From Nanobdellota archaeon (GTDB taxonomy: Archaea; Aenigmatarchaeota; Aenigmatarchaeia; QMZP01): a stretch of DNA of 64,000 nt. A program made the translations under genes and the position numbers. The notes under the pieces are model-generated. The model was not told the origin of the DNA, searched no databases, and saw nothing but the letters and a program-made list of their open reading frames with translations. How positions within the stretch are numbered: position 1 is the first letter of the stretch; each line of letters opens with the position of its first letter. Below, one piece after another: positions 58,470 through 64,000 of this stretch. The stretch is taken from the NCBI GenBank assembly GCA_043814765.1, contig JBDRJQ010000028.1, positions 29,835 to 93,834 of the forward strand. The letters run 5' to 3'.

Positions 58470-59087
58470 ATGTCTGATAGAAAAATTTTAATAATGTGTT
58501 TAACTTTTGCGTTATTTTCAAGCTTTTTGATATCGCAGACTGCACAGGCAGCTAATTATGGTTATACCACCGCATACTTTTATATTCCAACTGACACCAG
58601 CTTTAGCGTAACTATTTTAGGTCAGAGTGATACTAACATAACATCTGAACAATCAGGTACCCCGAATCAGACGAGTTCTTGGATAGCGTTCAACGCCACC
58701 ACTTTAACTCAAGACGATGTTAATGCACAAGCAAAACCAGGAGATGACAGCAACCTGCAAACAGGTCTTGGCAAGCCTATATTTGTCTTCGCCAACACAG
58801 GAACTATAGGCATCAACATAAGCCTGTCTTGGTCAGGATCTGGAAATGCAGGTCCCGATAGCTGTGTAACTGTCAGGATGAATTCGACATGTTTCCCTTC
58901 TGGCGGCTGCGTAGGAGCTTATGAGCTTGAGCAAGAAGAACAAATCAGTACAACAGCAAAAGTTATGGTAGCCAATCTGAGTGTAGGAAGTAAACTGAAC
59001 GCGACTTTAATAGCAAACCTTAGTAGCTGTGAATTAGGAACATTTGACAGTATTGCTGACCTAAGCTATGAGTCTGGTCAAGAATAG
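58470..59087 (+). CDS. Secreted protein related to the C-terminal domain of the upstream protein
   Basis: Signal peptide; DTSFSVT..G and FVFANTG.I.INIS match DTSFRIT..G and FVFENVG.V.INIT upstream. Confidence 0.7.
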   Translation: MSDRKILIMCLTFALFSSFLISQTAQAANYGYTTAYFYIPTDTSFSVTILGQSDTNITSEQSGTPNQTSSWIAFNATTLTQDDVNAQAKPGDDSNLQTGLGKPIFVFANTGTIGINISLSWSGSGNAGPDSCVTVRMNSTCFPSGGCVGAYELEQEEQISTTAKVMVANLSVGSKLNATLIANLSSCELGTFDSIADLSYESGQE

Positions 59088-59146
59088 AATAAAAATATAC
59101 AACAAATCTTTTTAAGATATTGATACAACTATAATAAAGTGTTCAT

Positions 59147-60058
59147 ATGGAAAGAAAAAATAAAAGAAAACAAAATTTCAGCGAGAAAATTGAAAAAAAA
59201 CATGTTTATGCCGGCGTTTTGATTCTGATTGTTGCGGCCGCTTTTGTGGTATTCGGCTCCTCCACGGGTTTCATGATCCTTGGCTTTCAGCCAAGCACTT
59301 CCGTATATATTTCACAGGAACAGGAACAGCTCTATAGGACATACTTTGATACAGACAGGCCCCTGCACTGTCAGGAAGGAAGGTGCATAAACCCGCTAGT
59401 GTATGAAGATCTGCCTGAATGGCCAGATGATGCAGAGTTCGAAGCAATAACAATCCTGGTAAAGGACAGTAAAATAAACCCAGCGGATATAGAAGAAGAA
59501 TTTTACAAACAGCCTGAGTTTTTCCCTTCCCATATAAAAGGCATATCTTATGAAGCGTACCTGTATCCTGGAGGCAGGCCGTCAATATGCTGCGAAGGCG
59601 CCTACCCAGGAAAAGTTATTATATCGCATGCAAGCCGTGGTGACTCGTTTGAATCAGTTACTTTCTTCTTATCACCGCCAGGAAGCCCATACTTTAGGGG
59701 GGCGCAATTCATTCCTGTCTTTCCTCAAACATTTGGCGCCCAAGGAAAATTCTACACGCAGAACGCAGAAGAGGTCAAGAAATATTTTGATATAGAAATA
59801 ACACCGAACATCTTCAAGTTCGAACCAACCTATCCAAAATATCGGTATGACTGGAATGCAAGAGTGAAAGTAAATGTTAAAATAGACGAAAATACACCGC
59901 AAGGGTATTATGCAATCGGCATAACAACTATAGCACCGCCGGAAGAGATTAACTATAAATGGCAATTAGAACATAAAATGGCTTACACCCCAACACTCAC
60001 AGGTGGCATGTTTAGCACAGGAAATCCTCCTTACACAATAGTGCTGAATGTTGTTTAA
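59147..60058 (+). CDS. Hypothetical membrane-anchored exported protein
   Basis: Basic N-terminus, one TM, Pro/Tyr-rich extracellular domain. Confidence 0.7.
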   Translation: MERKNKRKQNFSEKIEKKHVYAGVLILIVAAAFVVFGSSTGFMILGFQPSTSVYISQEQEQLYRTYFDTDRPLHCQEGRCINPLVYEDLPEWPDDAEFEAITILVKDSKINPADIEEEFYKQPEFFPSHIKGISYEAYLYPGGRPSICCEGAYPGKVIISHASRGDSFESVTFFLSPPGSPYFRGAQFIPVFPQTFGAQGKFYTQNAEEVKKYFDIEITPNIFKFEPTYPKYRYDWNARVKVNVKIDENTPQGYYAIGITTIAPPEEINYKWQLEHKMAYTPTLTGGMFSTGNPPYTIVLNVV

Positions 60059-60098
60059 TTTCGAATAATTCTTATAGCAGAAAACTAATAATAAATAT

Positions 60099-62048
60099 AT
60101 GAGAATTAACATAGCACTTTTATTCGCATTTTTTATGTTATATCTATTATTTTTGGCTGTTCCTGCTGCCAATTCAAGTGGATATGGCGGAAGTGAATTA
60201 TATTTTGAACTTGACACGTACGGAATCAGGAGTTTTATTCTGCAGGCGCCGGAAGTTTATATAAACACAAGCTTCTGGGCAAAGGCAACTGCCGTATCCA
60301 ATGACACGTATAATGCCGGTACATTCAATATGACAGTGGACAGGCCGTCAACATTCAGCATAATTGAAAATGATGCTTCGCAGCCAAATCCTGCGCTCGC
60401 AGGAGACGGCAGTCAGTGGATAGCAAACTGGACATTTAATGCAACTGCTGTTGCGGCAGCCTACACAATAAACGTCTCCCTGCCGTTTTTCGATTCCAAT
60501 AAAACTGCAAATGTAACACTGGTAAATAAACCCACCAATTGGAGCAATGGGACCGTTGTGATAAGTGCCGGAGGTCCGTACAATAATTCAGAAACTGGGA
60601 TAATATATGCAGCTGTAAAGGACAGTAATGATAATTATGTCAACATCATAGGAGAATGCAACATAGCAATCTATTGGCCCAATGGGACAGAATGGAAGAG
60701 CAACAAAACCATGAGTTATCTCAACGGAACAAACGGCCAGTACTATTACAATTTTGTGGCGCATGCATCGGTTAACGGAACATATGATGCCCATGCAAAC
60801 TGCACCATATCAATAGCAAACAACGTGTCCAGCTTCAACGTTACAGGCACGAACGAAGACTCTGGTGGCGGAGGAAGCGGAACAGGAGGCGGAGCACCTG
60901 TTAGTGGAGGTGGCGGAGGAAGCTATAACAAAGAAAAAAAGGCTGAGGAGGCAACATACATGTGGAAAATTATACCCGCAGGCGGAACAGGTATTGTAAA
61001 AATAAATAAACCAGAAATTGATTTAAAATACATAATTATTTACGCAAAAGAAGAACTAATTGCGTCCAAAATAACTATTAGGCAATTTTTTGAAAAGCCA
61101 CCTGAACTGCCTGACATAGACGAGAACGTTTACAGATACCTTGAGTTTAAACCCGCAAACATGGAAGAAGATTATATACATGGAGCAAAAATAAGCTTCA
61201 AGGTGAGCAGGGAGTGGCTCACTGCCAACAACATTGATGAGGACAGCATAATGCTCAACCGATTAAAAGATGGCATATGGGTCAAGCTGCCCACAAAAAA
61301 GCTTGAATCAAACGATTCTAATGCTGACGGGGTGAATGCATTTGAAGAAAGATGCGACATTCCATGCATGCTGTCTGACGGGTCCGGGTCTCTTATTGGT
61401 TTTTCACCTGACCCTAGCTACATCTACTATGAAGCCGTTACTCCAGGATTCAGCTACTTCATCATAGCAGGAAAGGCTTTACCAGTGGTGAGTGAGTGGA
61501 TAGATATCATGGAGTATCCAATATCTATCAGAATTGAGCAGGGTGCAGTGGAATACAAACATGTAAAGATCAAAAACATTGGAGACGAGAGATTAACCAA
61601 TGTTTATTTAACTCTGGAAGGAATTGATGAACGTTGGTACACAATAGACCCTGCAAAGACTGAAATAAGTCCGGATAAAGAAGAGATTTTCATAGTAAAG
61701 TTCATGATACCCGAGTATGCAGAAAAGAAGGCTTATAGTGCATTCATTCATGTTGTTTCTGACCAGGCAGAAACAATAGATGAAATTGAATTGGAAGTTA
61801 TAGAACCAAGTGAATTGTATGCATATGTACATCTGACACAGTTATTAGGAGTAATTGTTTTGGTAGTAATAATTGTTATGGCAACATTAATTGTTATTTT
61901 ATACCACATGCAAAGGAGTATGAACAGAATCGCAATGGAAAGGAGAATGATAGTGTACAAGGAAATCAAGGATATTAAAGAAAAGTTATTAAAAAAACGC
62001 AGGAGCCGCAAAAAAACTTACAAATATAAACAAAAGAAAGCATCATAA
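60099..62048 (+). CDS. PGF-pre-PGF domain surface protein with C-terminal TM anchor
   Basis: Gly-rich linker, VYRYLE...ISFKV..EWL...W.KLPT...YYEAVTPGFSYFII. Confidence 0.85.
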   Translation: MRINIALLFAFFMLYLLFLAVPAANSSGYGGSELYFELDTYGIRSFILQAPEVYINTSFWAKATAVSNDTYNAGTFNMTVDRPSTFSIIENDASQPNPALAGDGSQWIANWTFNATAVAAAYTINVSLPFFDSNKTANVTLVNKPTNWSNGTVVISAGGPYNNSETGIIYAAVKDSNDNYVNIIGECNIAIYWPNGTEWKSNKTMSYLNGTNGQYYYNFVAHASVNGTYDAHANCTISIANNVSSFNVTGTNEDSGGGGSGTGGGAPVSGGGGGSYNKEKKAEEATYMWKIIPAGGTGIVKINKPEIDLKYIIIYAKEELIASKITIRQFFEKPPELPDIDENVYRYLEFKPANMEEDYIHGAKISFKVSREWLTANNIDEDSIMLNRLKDGIWVKLPTKKLESNDSNADGVNAFEERCDIPCMLSDGSGSLIGFSPDPSYIYYEAVTPGFSYFIIAGKALPVVSEWIDIMEYPISIRIEQGAVEYKHVKIKNIGDERLTNVYLTLEGIDERWYTIDPAKTEISPDKEEIFIVKFMIPEYAEKKAYSAFIHVVSDQAETIDEIELEVIEPSELYAYVHLTQLLGVIVLVVIIVMATLIVILYHMQRSMNRIAMERRMIVYKEIKDIKEKLLKKRRSRKKTYKYKQKKAS

Positions 62049-62087
62049 ATAATCATTTCAAATAATTTCTTATTTGTTAATTGATTA

Positions 62088-62137
62088 ATTGCCACTTAGG
62101 TAACTAAATTTTATTGCCACTTAGGTAACTAAATTTT
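62088..62137. repeat. Exact tandem duplication of a 25 bp unit
   Basis: ATTGCCACTTAGGTAACTAAATTTT x2, directly upstream of a TATA-like TTTTATA. Confidence 0.9.
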
Positions 62138-62163
62138 TATACTATATAACTATATAATATTAT

Positions 62164-64000
62164 ATGAATTTTAAGCCATTTTTAGTTGTTTCAATATTGA
62201 TGTCCTTGCTACTGATTCCTGCAATTTCTGCATTTCCGGCTTACATAACTCAGCAAGGAAGGCTTGTAAACTCTACCACTGGCAATTCTGTAAATGGAAC
62301 ATATAACATGACTTTTAGATTTTACACGGCAGAAACTGGCGGTACTGATGTATGGGATGAGGGACAAGAAAACGTTTCTGTAACAAACGGCATCTGGCAT
62401 CTTACTCTCGGAACAAACACCACACTGGACTTGAACTTTACCCAGGATTATTGGATGAGCATACAAATTAACGGCAATTCTGAAATGAGCCCTAGAAGAA
62501 GAATCACATCGTCTGCTTATACATTTTATGCAAACAACACAGATTTGCTGGATGGAAAGGATTCCACTGAATTCTTATCAATTAACGGAAGCAACATAAC
62601 TGTTCTTGATGCTAATGAAACATACTGGATAGGTTCTGATTCCAACTGGTGGGGTAAAATTTTAAGCAATACTTTCCGCGGTGTTGCAGGAATATTTGAT
62701 TCTATAAACGTTCTTGGCAGTTTCTTTGTTTACAGCAACAACACGATAAACATGGATGCAAACGTTTCTGTATCCAGCGGTGCTGTTGTTATCTGGTCCA
62801 ACGGCACAGTTGAAGCAACAGACAGCGATACAATCTACACAGGTGTAGATGATGTTTGGGTCAACGTTACCGGTGACACAATGACTGGTGAGTTAAACGT
62901 GTCTAATAAAATATACCTATACCCTAACGGTACAATTTTTTTAGACGGTAATTTAAAGGTTCCAACAACTGTTGTTATTTGGTCTAACGGTACAGTTGAG
63001 GTAGCAGATAGTGATACAATCTATACTGGTGTAGCAGACAATTGGGTAAACGCTACTGGCGATTACATGACTGGTGAGTTGAATATCTCTGGTAAGATAT
63101 TCCTTTATCCAAACGGAACCGTGGAAGTTAATGGTAATTACAGAGTACCTAGCGGTGTTATTATATGGAGTAACGGTACTGTTGAAATTGGCTCTCAAGC
63201 AACATACGATGGTGTAGCTGATAACTGGGTAAATGAAACAGGCGACACTATGACTGGTAATCTATCCATGAGCAGTAAGTGGTTACTAGATTTCAGAGCA
63301 AGACTAGGTTGGGGAAACATAACAGAGTTCCCTGCTAACTGCACAGCCGGTTACTATGTTCATGGTATCAGCGAACTTGGTTTAACCTGCGTTCCTGATG
63401 ATGATAACGATACAATATATGCTGGGGTAGCAGATGACTGGGTTAATGTTACTGGGGATGTAATGACTGGTGATCTAAACATCACAGATGGTACTAATGA
63501 AGTTAACATCAGTGCAGGTGGTGTAATCAGTATTAACACAAGTGGTGATAGTCCTTTTGTTATTTACAACAGGACTGAGTTGTTATTTGAATTAAATGGC
63601 ACTGGTGGTTTGGATCTTAACTGGTTTAGAAGCTGTACACTGAAAACAGACGCTAACGGTAACATGGTTTGCGGTACGGACAACAATGATAATACTGTTT
63701 ATGTCGGTGTAGCAGACAATTGGGTCAATGAATCGGGTGATTTAATGACTGGTGACTTGAACATGACAGACGGAGCATCATGGACTAACATAAGCTCGAC
63801 GGGATTCATACGAATGAATACCAGTGGTGAGAGTCCGTTCATTGTTTATAACAGAACAGAATTGTTGTTCGAGTTTAACAACACAGGCGGTTTGGATCTT
63901 AATTGGTTCAGAAGCTGTAATTTGAAAACAGATGCTAACGGTAATGTTATCTGCGGTGTTGATGATGATACTAACACTCATTATGCTGGGGTAGCTGATA
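62164..64000 (+). CDS. Large secreted tail-fibre-like repeat protein (3'-partial; not in the ORF track)
   Basis: MNFKPFLVV...ISA signal peptide; ITQQGRL...MTFRFYTAETGG..VW...PRRRITSSAY domain; five WVNxxGDxMTGxLx repeats; frame appears open to the window end. Confidence 0.85.
   Translation, partial: MNFKPFLVVSILMSLLLIPAISAFPAYITQQGRLVNSTTGNSVNGTYNMTFRFYTAETGGTDVWDEGQENVSVTNGIWHLTLGTNTTLDLNFTQDYWMSIQINGNSEMSPRRRITSSAYTFYANNTDLLDGKDSTEFLSINGSNITVLDANETYWIGSDSNWWGKILSNTFRGVAGIFDSINVLGSFFVYSNNTINMDANVSVSSGAVVIWSNGTVEATDSDTIYTGVDDVWVNVTGDTMTGELNVSNKIYLYPNGTIFLDGNLKVPTTVVIWSNGTVEVADSDTIYTGVADNWVNATGDYMTGELNISGKIFLYPNGTVEVNGNYRVPSGVIIWSNGTVEIGSQATYDGVADNWVNETGDTMTGNLSMSSKWLLDFRARLGWGNITEFPANCTAGYYVHGISELGLTCVPDDDNDTIYAGVADDWVNVTGDVMTGDLNITDGTNEVNISAGGVISINTSGDSPFVIYNRTELLFELNGTGGLDLNWFRSCTLKTDANGNMVCGTDNNDNTVYVGVADNWVNESGDLMTGDLNMTDGASWTNISSTGFIRMNTSGESPFIVYNRTELLFEFNNTGGLDLNWFRSCNLKTDANGNVICGVDDDTNTHYAGVAD

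Noticed and set aside
62209..63981. Listed short minus-strand ORFs near the window end
   Set aside because: Antisense shadows of the long + strand fibre gene; most other short overlapping ORFs in the track were rejected for the same reason

Overview
Gene-dense archaeal chromosome segment, most consistent with a DPANN archaeon (possibly Aenigmatarchaeota; inferred from gene content and compactness, not from a marker phylogeny). Positions 1-32.7 kb are mostly core genes: a type IV pilus-type ATPase, aIF-1A, Dim2-like KH protein, prs, eS31, eS24, Spt4, Rpo7, pelota, cmk, ABCE1, a YchF-family NTPase, dph5, eL24, eS28 and L7Ae. This part also holds a two-intron tRNA-Thr(UGU), pilin-like and surface proteins, and an uncharacterised MNT-HEPN/TIM-barrel cluster. 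Positions 32.7-43.3 kb form an accessory zone: PadR and ino1 with matching operators, a foreign-looking five-gene membrane/LysM island, two paralogous ORFans, a coiled-coil plus HerA-like ATPase pair, an ~1.45 kb ORF-poor hairpin-dense region, and a stand-alone IS6-type zinc-ribbon/HTH gene. After argS, 45-64 kb encodes secreted and surface proteins: a BNR/Vps10-like lipoprotein, two transglutaminase-like proteins, a GH113-like lipoprotein, S-layer-like and PGF-pre-PGF proteins, and a tail-fibre-like repeat protein cut by the window end. The best candidate for an undescribed system is the putative long structured ncRNA at ~41410-42850 and its neighbours. All family calls come from motif recognition by eye; no searches or folding were run.
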